A stretch of DNA of 64,000 bases, taken from Sumerlaeia bacterium (lineage in GTDB: Bacteria > Sumerlaeota > Sumerlaeia > SLMS01 > JAHLLQ01). Position numbers and translations under genes: made by a program. This document shows, one piece after another, positions 31,683-40,830 of this stretch. The stretch covers positions 1 through 64,000 of the forward strand of contig JAVJSW010000037.1 of assembly GCA_040219255.1 (NCBI GenBank). The letters run 5' to 3'. Within the stretch, counting starts at the first letter, position 1, and the number at the start of each line of letters is the position of its first letter. Under the pieces are notes generated by a model. It did no database searches. It was not told where the DNA came from and saw only the letters and a program-made list of their open reading frames with translations.

Positions 31683-31718
31683 GCGTAGGTGCTCCCGCAG
31701 CGCCGGGAGTGCCTACGC
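31683..31718 (+). other. Stable hairpin between dnaK and rpoZ (weak terminator or mRNA stabiliser)
   Basis: GCGTAGGTGCTCCCG-cagcgc-CGGGAGTGCCTACGC, with two G-U pairs; poor U tract. Confidence 0.5.
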
Positions 31719-31749
31719 CTATTCTTCGCCTTTGTGAGGGTGTAGGTCT

Positions 31750-31986
31750 ATGGCCGAAAAATCCACGGTTCCCGAGTTCATCGCCGGAGGTGACGGCAAA
31801 TACCTGACGATCCGGGTGCTGGCCCGCCGGGCCAAAGAACTCGGCCGGACGCGGCCTCTCGTTCCCCATCAGGACGACTACGATCCGGTCGAAGCGGCCA
31901 AGGACGAATTGATGGCTGGCAAGCTGATCATTCGCCACCGCAACCAGATCACCAACGAACTCGAGGATTTCGAAGCCGCCGACTGA
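31750..31986 (+). CDS. rpoZ: RNA polymerase omega subunit
   Basis: 78 aa; GKYLTIRVLARRAKEL...DPVEAAKDELMAGKL matches the omega pattern KY.L....A.RA..L...KP...A..E...GK. Confidence 0.75.
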   Translation: MAEKSTVPEFIAGGDGKYLTIRVLARRAKELGRTRPLVPHQDDYDPVEAAKDELMAGKLIIRHRNQITNELEDFEAAD

Positions 31987-32025
31987 TCGGCGCGCCGACC
32001 CCCGCTTTCCTCTGATGCAACACCC

Positions 32026-32063
32026 GCCCCCCGCCAGTCACCGTGATTGGCGGGGGGCTTCTT
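32026..32063 (+). terminator. Intrinsic terminator after rpoZ
   Basis: GCCCCCCGCCAGTCA-ccg-TGATTGGCGGGGGGC-TTCTT. Confidence 0.7.
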
Positions 32064-32130
32064 CCGTTTGGCGTCCGCCTTGCGTTTCCACTTCAGCACG
32101 AACGAATTCCTGCGCGAAGTGGAGCCCGAT

Positions 32131-32913
32131 ATGAATTTTGAGAACAAGGTCATCCTGGTCAATGGCGCCGGTTCCGGGATCGGCGAAGCCGCGGCGCGGT
32201 TGCTGGCCCGCCTTGGCGCCCGCGTCGCCGTCGTCTCCCGGACCAAGGAGCAAATCGAAGCCGTCGCCGCCAGCATCCGCGACAGCGGAGGGGAAGCCAT
32301 CGCCATCGCCGCCGACGTCAGCGACCCCGAAGCCATGCGGTCCGCCGTGGCCAAAACGGTCGAGGCTTTCGGCTCCCTCGGCGCCCTGTTCCACAACGCC
32401 GGGGTGAACGGCAAATGGGCGCCCCTCGAAGAACTGAGCCCAGAGGACTTCGAGAAGACGATCCGGATCAATCTGATGGGGACCTTCAACGCATGCCACG
32501 CGGCGCTGCCGGAAATCCGCAAGGGCGGCTCCGGGGCCGTGGTGATCACCAGTTCCATCAATGGCACGCGAACCTTTTCAAACGCCGGGGCCACGGCCTA
32601 CAGCGCCTCGAAGGCGGGCCAGGTGGCCCTCATGAAGCAACTGGCGCTCGAATTCGCCCAGCACCGCATTCGCATCAACGCGATCCTGCCAGGGACCATC
32701 GACACCGACATCCAGAAGCGCACCGACAATAGCGAGCAGGAGCACCTGCCGCTCGTGCCCGATAACCTGGAGGGCCGGATTCCGCTGACCCAAGGCAAGC
32801 CTGGGCATCCAGATCAAGTCGCCGAACTGGTGGCGTTTCTCCTCTCGGATCACGCCAGCCACATCACCGGCACGGAAGTGTTTGTGGATGGAGGGCAGTC
32901 GTTGATTATCTGA
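32131..32913 (+). CDS. Short-chain dehydrogenase/reductase (SDR)
   Basis: NGAGSGIG, HNAG, YSASK, IRINAILPG, ITG....VDGG; start ATG 32131. Confidence 0.92.
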   Translation: MNFENKVILVNGAGSGIGEAAARLLARLGARVAVVSRTKEQIEAVAASIRDSGGEAIAIAADVSDPEAMRSAVAKTVEAFGSLGALFHNAGVNGKWAPLEELSPEDFEKTIRINLMGTFNACHAALPEIRKGGSGAVVITSSINGTRTFSNAGATAYSASKAGQVALMKQLALEFAQHRIRINAILPGTIDTDIQKRTDNSEQEHLPLVPDNLEGRIPLTQGKPGHPDQVAELVAFLLSDHASHITGTEVFVDGGQSLII

Positions 32914-33014
32914 GGGAGAACGCCCCCGAAGGTAGCTCAAATAAGCTCCTAGCCATGGGGGAGGGGGCAGGCTGCGGCTGGCTGGTCACGGGCAAGGACG
33001 CCCGTGGTTCCCTC

Positions 33015-33863
33015 TTACAGCCGCGTGCTGTCGATCAGGCGCACGCCGCCCACGCGGGCGGCGACCAGGACAAAGGTGTTTCCCCGTTCGACCAGATCGA
33101 CGGGTTCGAAGGTGGTGGCGGAAACGATGTCGGCGTAATCGAATTCGACGCCTTCGCCGGCGCTGTTGATGGCGGAACGGACGGCTTGCAGAAGTTCGCC
33201 GCGATGGGCGATGCCCTGCTTTTTAAGGAGGAAGTGAACGCGCTTGAGGGCGCGGCTCAGGCACAGGGCCTTTTCCTTGTCGGCGTCGGTGAGCTGCTTG
33301 TTGCGGCTGGAGATGGCCAGGCCGCTGGCTTCGCGGACGGTGGGGACGCCGGTGATTTCGACCGGCAGGCTCAAGTCGCGCACCATGTGGCGGATCACGG
33401 TGAACTGCTGGGCGTCTTTGTAGCCGAAGACGGCGATGTCGGGCTGGCAGATGTTGAAGAGTTTGAGCACCACGGTGCAGACGCCGCGGAAATGACCGGG
33501 ACGCGAAGCGCCTTCGAACTTCTCCGACAGGTAGGAGACGTTCACGGTGGTCAGGAAGCCGGGCGGATACATCTCTTCGTGGGCCGGGGCGAAGAAGGCG
33601 TCGACCTCCAGCTTGCGGGCCACGTCCTCGTCCTGTTCGCGGGTGCGGGGGTATTTTTCCAGATCGCCTTTGTCGTTGAACTGGAGGGCGTTGACGAAGC
33701 AGGAGAGGATCACTTTGTCGCCCAGACCGCGGGCGCGGGCGATGAGCCGGCCGTGTCCGCGATGGAGATTGCCCATGGTGGGAACGAGGACGACGGTGCG
33801 CCCCTCGCGCTTCCAGGCGCGGGCCTGCTCGCTCATCTGCTTGACGGACTCAATGATTTCCAT
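33015..33863 (-). CDS. panC: Pantoate--beta-alanine ligase
   Basis: VPTMGNLHRGH, FVN..QF, SRPGHFRGV, FGYKDAQQ, REASGLAISSRN, RLID. Confidence 0.95.
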   Translation of the reverse strand: MEIIESVKQMSEQARAWKREGRTVVLVPTMGNLHRGHGRLIARARGLGDKVILSCFVNALQFNDKGDLEKYPRTREQDEDVARKLEVDAFFAPAHEEMYPPGFLTTVNVSYLSEKFEGASRPGHFRGVCTVVLKLFNICQPDIAVFGYKDAQQFTVIRHMVRDLSLPVEITGVPTVREASGLAISSRNKQLTDADKEKALCLSRALKRVHFLLKKQGIAHRGELLQAVRSAINSAGEGVEFDYADIVSATTFEPVDLVERGNTFVLVAARVGGVRLIDSTRL

Positions 33864-34121
33864 ATCCCGAGGTCATCGCCTTTCGCGGTGGGGGAGTGCG
33901 GTTTCGCCTGAAACGGGGGTATCCGTTGAACAGACCTAGGACAGAGCTTGGGCGGGTAAAAGGGCAAGCAAACTTTAGCGAACCTTCCCCGCGTTTTTCG
34001 GCGCTCCGTCGTAGGGCTTGCGTCAATGGATGACAGAGTGCTTCCTGGCGGGACGAAGGCCGCGCGTCCGGACGGTTCGCCGCGGTCTTTCATTTCCTTT
34101 GCCCTCAGTGTCTGGCAGCTT

Positions 34122-35840
34122 ATGCACCTCAGAGCGCTTCACAACGCCATTGTTTTTCTCTCAACTTTTTTGGCTTCCCTTGTCACGCCCCTTCTGGCTT
34201 CCGCCCAGGACGCCGACGCGCCGGGAACTGTCGCGCCAAGGAGCGCGGCCGCCGAACCGATCATCTCGCGCATCGAAACCATCGTCAAGGAGGGCGGAAT
34301 CCCCCAGATCGACGAACTCCGGCTGCCGCCCGACGGCGCCCTCACGATGGAGGACGACTTTTTGGCGATGTCGCCGCTTCTCGCCGGAGATGTAGTGACG
34401 ACCGACGTGATCTTCGCCGATGTGGCCGATTCGGAACCTTACGCCCGCATGGCGCTGCCGGACCTGGTGGCGGTGGCGCTGCGCAATAACTTCGACCTGA
34501 TCAACTCGCGGCGAAGCGTCCAGATCGCCCGCAGCTCGGAATTGAGCGCCCTGGCCAACTTCATCCCCTTCGTCGATCTCTTCGCCGACGCCCGCATTGC
34601 GGAAAGCCGGCGCGACAATATCCTGCGCGCCACGCGGCAAGGCACCACGACCCAGGATACGACGGTCGATTCGCAGGAAGCGGGCATCGAAATGCGCCAG
34701 AACTTCACCAGCGGCGGCGCCTTGACCTTCACCGGCGTGGAGCGCCGCGTCGGCACCCGCATCGACAGCGGCAATGGCACGTCGAGCGGTTCGGAATATA
34801 TCGGCGACGCGGGCGTGAATTTCGTTCAGCCGCTGCTGCGCGGCGGGGGCTTCGAAGTCGGCACCGCGGACCTGCGCTCGGCGCGTCTGTCCGAGGCGAA
34901 TCAGGAAATCAGCGACATGCTGACCCGGCGCGAGGTGGTGCTGTCGGTGGTTCGCGAGTACTTCGGCATCCTGCAGACCAAGCAGGCGCTGGAAGTGAGC
35001 CGCGACGCCATCCGCGAACGCTACAATTTCCTGGAGGAAACCCGCATCAAGTACGAAACGGGCCGCGTGGCGGAGTCGGAGATTCTTCGGGCGGAAATCC
35101 AGTTCCTGCAGGAAGTGGAGCAGGCCATCAATCGCCAACAGGCCCTGGCCGACGCCCGCGAGCGGCTGCTGATCCTGGTCGGGTTGCCGCTCGAGACGCC
35201 GATTTCCCTGATCGATGTGACGCCCATGCTGCGCGACCGGGGACGCTTTGAAATCCCCGGCACCCGCGAAGCCGTCGCCATGGCGCTCAACAACCGGATG
35301 GAACTGATCCAGGCCGATATCGGCATCGCGCAGAGCGAAATCAGCCAGACCCTCGCCCGTAACGACCGCCTGCCGCGCCTGGATTTCGACGCCAGTTTCG
35401 GCCGCAGCGACAACGACGACACGTTCCGCGACGCCAACCAGTTCGACGATCAGGACTGGGACGCGGGGCTGACGTTTCGCGTTCCGCTGCAGAACATCCA
35501 GCGGCGGGAAGCCCACCGCCGCGCCACCTTGCGCCTCGAGCAGGACTTGACGAACCGCCTGGAACTCGAGCGCCGGCTGACTCGCGAGGCCCTCACCGCC
35601 ACCCGCGACGTGCTCTCCACGGAGGCTAACCTGACGATTCTGCGCAAGACCGTCGAGCAGGCCCGCCGAAGCCTGGAACTCATCAACGCGTCCTTCAAAG
35701 CCGGCTTTTCCACCATCACCGAGGTGCGGCTGACGCAGGACGATTTGTTCCAGGCGGAAACGCGTTACAACAACGCGCTGCTCAATTATCAGGTGGCCGT
35801 GGCGGAATTGTACGTGGCGCTGGGTTTGGCGCTTGAATGA
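34122..35840 (+). CDS. TolC-family outer membrane efflux protein
   Basis: Signal peptide; AL.NNFDL, QPLLRGGG, RLPRLD; two helical-repeat halves; ends LYVALG; likely start 34122. Confidence 0.88.
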   Translation: MHLRALHNAIVFLSTFLASLVTPLLASAQDADAPGTVAPRSAAAEPIISRIETIVKEGGIPQIDELRLPPDGALTMEDDFLAMSPLLAGDVVTTDVIFADVADSEPYARMALPDLVAVALRNNFDLINSRRSVQIARSSELSALANFIPFVDLFADARIAESRRDNILRATRQGTTTQDTTVDSQEAGIEMRQNFTSGGALTFTGVERRVGTRIDSGNGTSSGSEYIGDAGVNFVQPLLRGGGFEVGTADLRSARLSEANQEISDMLTRREVVLSVVREYFGILQTKQALEVSRDAIRERYNFLEETRIKYETGRVAESEILRAEIQFLQEVEQAINRQQALADARERLLILVGLPLETPISLIDVTPMLRDRGRFEIPGTREAVAMALNNRMELIQADIGIAQSEISQTLARNDRLPRLDFDASFGRSDNDDTFRDANQFDDQDWDAGLTFRVPLQNIQRREAHRRATLRLEQDLTNRLELERRLTREALTATRDVLSTEANLTILRKTVEQARRSLELINASFKAGFSTITEVRLTQDDLFQAETRYNNALLNYQVAVAELYVALGLALE

Positions 35841-35898
35841 GCGCGGGCGAGCCGTTTGCTTCAAATCTGATAAGACTGGTCCGTTCGGAGTGCCGCCC

Positions 35899-37284
35899 AT
35901 GAAAAAAATCGTCGCCATCCTCAGTGTCACGATCCTGGCCGCCGCCAGCTATGGCGCCGTGCGAAGCGGGATCTTCCAGGCCTCGGCCCCGGAAGCCACC
36001 AGCGAAGGCATCCCCGCCGTCGCCGTGACAAAAGGTCCCTTCGAAGTCACCGTTCACAGTATCGGGGCGCTGCAAGCCGGGTCGTCGGCGATTCTCTCCT
36101 CGCCCTTCGATGGCAAGATCACACGGATGATCGCCGAGGGCACGTACGTCGAACCGGGCGAGCCGGTGATCTGGTTCGATACGACGGACGACCGGTTGCA
36201 GCTCGACGAGCAGGAAGCCCAGTTGGCCCTGGACAAGAAGGATCTGGAGCAGGCGGAGACGGAATTCGAGGCCCTGAAGAAACAGAACGCCTATCAGCTC
36301 GACATCGAACGGACGAAGGTGGAAATCGCCCGTCAGGCCCTGCGGGACGCCGAGCAGACCTACGAGGCGGAGAAGACGCTGTTCGAGCAGAATATCTCGC
36401 CGGAGGTGAAGTTCGAAGCTGCGCGCCTGGACCTGATGCAATCTCGCCTGAGCCTGCGCAACGCCCAGATCAACCTCGCGAAGGTCGAGGAGAACCTGGC
36501 GTCGAACCTGCGCAAGCAGGAGCAATCGGTCGAGCGGCAGCGCCTTGCCGTGGAGAAAACCGAACGCAAAGTCGAAGAGCGTCGCGAGCGCCTCGAATCG
36601 TCCGTCCTGACGGCGCAGACGCCGGGCGAAGTGAATTACATGACGATGTGGCGCGGCGGCCAGCGCAGCAAAATCGCCGAGGGCGATCAGGTCTGGGACG
36701 ACCTGGCGCTGGCGGAAATCCCCGACACGCGCAAAATGCTGGCGAGTGTGCCGGTCAGCGAACTCGATGTGTCCAAAGTCGCCATCGGCCAGTCCACTCT
36801 GGTCGAATTGGAAGCCATGCCCGGCCAGATGTTCGAGGGCACCGTGGAGAGCAAGAGCATCCTGCCGGTGAACAATCCGAACTGGGGCTGGGAGCGGAGC
36901 GAGAACAGCCGCGAATACGAAGTTCTGGTGCGTCTCGCGACCGAGAATCCGGCCTTTCGACCCGGCATGACAGCCCGAGTCAAGATCGTCACCTACGCCG
37001 AGGAAGAGGCCCTGCAAGTGCCGCTGGAAGCCATCCAGGAAAAAGACGGTGCCCGCGGGGTTTATGTCGCCGGCGAGGGAGCGCCCAGATGGGAGCCCGT
37101 GACGGTGGCTCAGTCGAACGACAATTTCGGCGTCATCGCGGGCAATGTGAAGGCCGGCGATCCGGTGCTCCTGTTGCCGCCGGACGCGCCGGATGACTTG
37201 GCCGAAGAGCCCGTGACCGCGTTGCAGGAATCCGAGCCGGAAGGCCGTCCCACCTTCGCCGGACCCGACGGTGCGCCGTCTTGA
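35899..37284 (+). CDS. MacA-like periplasmic adaptor (membrane fusion protein)
   Basis: N-terminal anchor; SPFDGKI..EG.YV..G lipoyl half-motif; long coiled coil; E.DV.KV..GQ; RPGMTA. Confidence 0.88.
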   Translation: MKKIVAILSVTILAAASYGAVRSGIFQASAPEATSEGIPAVAVTKGPFEVTVHSIGALQAGSSAILSSPFDGKITRMIAEGTYVEPGEPVIWFDTTDDRLQLDEQEAQLALDKKDLEQAETEFEALKKQNAYQLDIERTKVEIARQALRDAEQTYEAEKTLFEQNISPEVKFEAARLDLMQSRLSLRNAQINLAKVEENLASNLRKQEQSVERQRLAVEKTERKVEERRERLESSVLTAQTPGEVNYMTMWRGGQRSKIAEGDQVWDDLALAEIPDTRKMLASVPVSELDVSKVAIGQSTLVELEAMPGQMFEGTVESKSILPVNNPNWGWERSENSREYEVLVRLATENPAFRPGMTARVKIVTYAEEEALQVPLEAIQEKDGARGVYVAGEGAPRWEPVTVAQSNDNFGVIAGNVKAGDPVLLLPPDAPDDLAEEPVTALQESEPEGRPTFAGPDGAPS

Positions 37285-37292
37285 CGGCTGGC

Positions 37293-37997
37293 TTAGCCCC
37301 CGGACCAGCTCAGGGTCCAGCCATCGCTCCGGCCCGGCACGCGAAAGACGTGGGCTGTGCCGAGGTCGCCGAACATGAACGGAACGCCGCCGCGCGAGGC
37401 GATCTGGAAAACCGGCTCGAGCCGCTCGCCCGTCGCCGGGTTGCGGGGGTAGGCCGCCCCATTGGCCCAGGCAGGCCAGCCTCCGAGTTTGTCGCCCTTC
37501 CGGGCAAGCCAGCCGTTGTTCTCGAATTCGCCCATTTCTCGGAACGTGACCTCCACGCCGAGGTGATCGGTCAATTCCTCGATCATGGGGAAGTCGTCAA
37601 GGGCCTCCCAACCGGCGATCGCCTTGACCGGAAAGTTGCGCGAGCGGGGCGCCGGCTCCGCGGGAGCGAGACCGTCCGCCGCCACAACCCGCACGTGATG
37701 GGCGGGGGAGAACGCCTTCCACGCCTCGCCCCGCAAGGCCGCGTCGGCGTCGGGGGTGTAGAAGACCTGGAGCAGATGACCCTTCGCCACGGCGCCGCAG
37801 CCCCCCGGCAAGTCGTCGCCCAGGAGTTGCAGGAAGAGCGTCATCGGCCGTTCGCTGAGCGGACACACGGGCCACTCGACCCCCGGCCCCAGCAACGGCA
37901 AGCCGCCGAAGTGGCTGAGGCTCCCTCCGGCGGGGGAGAGGACGGGCGCCCAGGCCGGGCGGCGATGGGCGAGAAGCTTGGCGGGTGGGCTTGTCAT
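37293..37997 (-). CDS. DUF1963/YwqG-like protein
   Basis: SHFGGLP, WP.CP....PM.LFLQL, DKLGGWPAW, FQIAS...FMFGD.G motifs. Confidence 0.75.
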   Translation of the reverse strand: MTSPPAKLLAHRRPAWAPVLSPAGGSLSHFGGLPLLGPGVEWPVCPLSERPMTLFLQLLGDDLPGGCGAVAKGHLLQVFYTPDADAALRGEAWKAFSPAHHVRVVAADGLAPAEPAPRSRNFPVKAIAGWEALDDFPMIEELTDHLGVEVTFREMGEFENNGWLARKGDKLGGWPAWANGAAYPRNPATGERLEPVFQIASRGGVPFMFGDLGTAHVFRVPGRSDGWTLSWSGG

Positions 37998-38036
37998 GGC
38001 GGAACTGACTCACAGAAAAGGCTGGGCTGACAGCAG

Positions 38037-38750
38037 ATGACCCAATCCCTGATCCGACTCGAAAACCTGCGCAAGGTCTATCGCACCGGCTCCATCTCCG
38101 TCGAAGCCCTCAAGGGCATCACGCTCGACATCCCGGTGAACGACTACATCGCCATCATGGGGCCATCAGGTTCGGGGAAGAGCACGCTGATGCACATCCT
38201 CGGCTGCCTGGATCGGCCCACCGATGGCATCTACGAATTGCGCGGCCAGCGCGTCGATCGGCTCGACGACGAGGAACTGTCGCGCACCCGCAACCGGGAA
38301 ATCGGTTTCGTGTTCCAGAGCTTCAACCTGCTGCCCCACATGACCGTTCAGCACAACGTCGAACTGCCGATGATCTACGCCGGCGTCTCGGGCCGCGAGC
38401 GCGTCGACCGGGCCAAGGAAGCCATCGCGAAGGTCAGCCTGGAAGACCGCGCCAAGCACCGGCCCAACGAACTCTCCGGCGGCCAGCGCCAGCGCGTCGC
38501 CATCGCCCGCGCTCTCGTCAACGACCCGGCGATCATCCTCGCCGACGAGCCGACCGGGAACCTCGACACCAAGACGGGCGAGGAGATCATGATGCTTTTT
38601 CAGGACCTTTCCGACGCCGGCAACACCATCATCCTGGTGACCCACGAACCGGAAATCGCCGTCCACGCCAAACGCATCGTCCACGTCCGCGACGGCCTGA
38701 TCGAGAAGATCGAAGACGTGGCCGACCGGGTGATCGCCGGGGTGGGGTGA
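38037..38750 (+). CDS. MacB/LolD-type ABC transporter ATP-binding protein
   Basis: [46 protein letters not shown]. Confidence 0.93.
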   Translation: MTQSLIRLENLRKVYRTGSISVEALKGITLDIPVNDYIAIMGPSGSGKSTLMHILGCLDRPTDGIYELRGQRVDRLDDEELSRTRNREIGFVFQSFNLLPHMTVQHNVELPMIYAGVSGRERVDRAKEAIAKVSLEDRAKHRPNELSGGQRQRVAIARALVNDPAIILADEPTGNLDTKTGEEIMMLFQDLSDAGNTIILVTHEPEIAVHAKRIVHVRDGLIEKIEDVADRVIAGVG

Positions 38751-38804
38751 GCCGAGCCGACCGCCACCAGGCGCATCTTCTCAGTCAGCACCCAGCATGT
38801 ACCC

Positions 38805-40460
38805 CTACTCCACCCAAACGTCCCACATCCGGTCCACCTCGATGGGGTGGCTCTTGTAGCCCTTCAGGTTCGTCGTCTTGCCCTTCAGGCGCTTGGCGTG
38901 GTTGATGAAGACCGCCGGGGCGTCCTCCAGGACGATGTCTTCGGCCTGCGCATAGAGGGCGGCGCGGCGCTCCGGGTCCTGCTCGCCCTGGGCTTCTTCC
39001 ATCAGGCGGCGGGCGTCGAGGTTCTTGTAGTTCGCGCGGTTCGTGTCCGACCCGAACAGATAGTAGATGAAGTTATCCGGATCCCCGGTGTCCGCCATCC
39101 AGCCCGACAGCGCCAGTTCGTGCACCGTCCGCTGGCGCACCGTTTCCAGGAACCCGCCGAAGTCCATTTGCTCGATGTCGATATCCAGGCCGATCTGGCG
39201 GTAATCTTCCTGAAGGCGCTCGGCCAGCCGCACGCCCGCCGTGTTGTAGGGCCGGTCCGCGTCGAAGCACAGCAGCTTGATCGTGGCGCCCTCGTGGCCC
39301 GAGGCCTTGACCAGCGCCCTCGCCTTCTCCAGGTCGTAGGTGTACTGGACGGCCTTTTCCTCCAGCGGCCGGTAGCCGATCATGCCCGGGGGCAGCGGCC
39401 CGTAGGACGGGATCGAGGTGCCCTCCAGCACGCCGTTGACGATGCTCTCGCGGTCGATGGCGTAATTCAGCGCCTGGCGCAGTTCCTTCGACTGGAGCGG
39501 CCCCTTCTCGACGTTGCAGATGACGTAGCCAAGGCTCGGGAAGGGCTGCTCGATGATTTCGATGTCCTTCAGCGCGGCGCGGTCGCCGATCGTTTCCGGC
39601 GACAACACCGGCACCAGATGCACCTCGCCGCGCTTCAGGCTGGCCATGCGCTGGTTGGCGTCTTTCTGCACGCGGAAGAAAATCGTGCGGCTCTTCGGCG
39701 TCGAGCGCCAATGGCTGTCGCGGGCGCGGAGTCTCACATAGGCGTCCTTTTTCCACTCCTCCAGCACGTAGGGACCGCTGCCCATCGGTTCGCTGATGAT
39801 GCGGTCCGATCCCATGGCCTTGACGTGCGAGGGGCTGACGATCGAAGCGGCGGGAATCGCCAGGTTGAACAGCAGCGGAACGAATGGCCGGTGCAGCACA
39901 AACACCGCCGTGTATTCGTCCGGCGTCTCGATGTGGCTGAACCAGTCGCCCAGGATATCGTTCGTCCAGGCGATGGCGTAATGCTCCGGGTGTTCCGTAT
40001 CGACGATGCGTTCGAAGGTGAACTTCACCGCTTCCGCGTTGACCGGCGAGCCATCGCTAAAGGTCGCGTCCTCGCGCAGTTTGAACGTGTAGCGCGTGCC
40101 GTCTTCGCTGATTTCATAGGACTCCACCAGCCCCGGCACCACGTTCAACTCCGTGTCGTCGAAATCGAAGAGGCGGTCGTAAATGTGGGCCACCACGGCC
40201 AGCGAATTGCCATCGGTGGGTTGGGGCGGGTCGAGCTTCTGGATGTCGGCGGGCATGGAGACGACCACCGGCTTGGTGCTCATTTTCGAGCCCCCGGCGG
40301 ACGCCGAGCCCTCCGCCGGGGCGGTGCTGGTGGAGCCGGAATCGCCGCCTCCACAGGCCAGGAAGAGCGGCAATACGATCAAAAAGCTGCAAAAAGCGAA
40401 GAGTTTGCGCGCGATTTGCGTGCTAAGACGCGATTGGGGTTGTGCTGGGGACAGCGGCAT
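38805..40460 (-). CDS. Peptide/nickel ABC transporter substrate-binding lipoprotein (family 5, DppA-like)
   Basis: Lipobox FLA-C; LDP, YTFKLR...FSDG, GSGPY, LRQALNYAIDRE, GW.AD..DPD. Confidence 0.92.
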   Translation of the reverse strand: MPLSPAQPQSRLSTQIARKLFAFCSFLIVLPLFLACGGGDSGSTSTAPAEGSASAGGSKMSTKPVVVSMPADIQKLDPPQPTDGNSLAVVAHIYDRLFDFDDTELNVVPGLVESYEISEDGTRYTFKLREDATFSDGSPVNAEAVKFTFERIVDTEHPEHYAIAWTNDILGDWFSHIETPDEYTAVFVLHRPFVPLLFNLAIPAASIVSPSHVKAMGSDRIISEPMGSGPYVLEEWKKDAYVRLRARDSHWRSTPKSRTIFFRVQKDANQRMASLKRGEVHLVPVLSPETIGDRAALKDIEIIEQPFPSLGYVICNVEKGPLQSKELRQALNYAIDRESIVNGVLEGTSIPSYGPLPPGMIGYRPLEEKAVQYTYDLEKARALVKASGHEGATIKLLCFDADRPYNTAGVRLAERLQEDYRQIGLDIDIEQMDFGGFLETVRQRTVHELALSGWMADTGDPDNFIYYLFGSDTNRANYKNLDARRLMEEAQGEQDPERRAALYAQAEDIVLEDAPAVFINHAKRLKGKTTNLKGYKSHPIEVDRMWDVWVE

Positions 40461-40609
40461 ACGTAGCCTCCGTGGCTCTCGTGGGTGTTAGGTTCAGATT
40501 TACAGGAATCCGCGCCCCGGGAAGCAACCCCAGACATGGACATTTTCCCGGCCTTTAGACCGCGCCGGGTTCCCCCAGCTACACAAAGGAAGGTGGTGAG
40601 ACAAAACGC

Positions 40610-40696
40610 ATGGGCAGTGTTATCAAGAAACGCCGGAAGAAAATCCGCAAGCACAAGTACAAGAAGTTGCGCAAGCGCATGAAGTTCAAGCGCTAA
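40610..40696 (+). CDS. bS22 / AURKAIP1-COX24 family small ribosomal protein (MGSVIKKRRKKIRKHKYKKLRKRMKFKR)
   Basis: 28-aa ORF translated by hand; AAGGAAGGTGG RBS; N-terminus MGSVIKKRRK identical to actinobacterial bS22 as I recall it; has its own terminator. Confidence 0.9.
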   Translation: MGSVIKKRRKKIRKHKYKKLRKRMKFKR

Positions 40697-40744
40697 CGGC
40701 TGCGCGCCACCCCTCGGCGCCGCCCCCCGCGTTCGATCTCAAGG

Positions 40745-40774
40745 CCCGCTGGTTCTTATGCCAGCGGGTTTTTT
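40745..40774 (+). terminator. Intrinsic terminator after the bS22-like gene
   Basis: CCCGCTGG-ttcttatg-CCAGCGGG-TTTTTT. Confidence 0.85.
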
Positions 40775-40830
40775 GTGTTGTTCTGAGAGGAGAGCGATGA
40801 CGCCTCTCGAATTGACAATCAGCCAAATCC

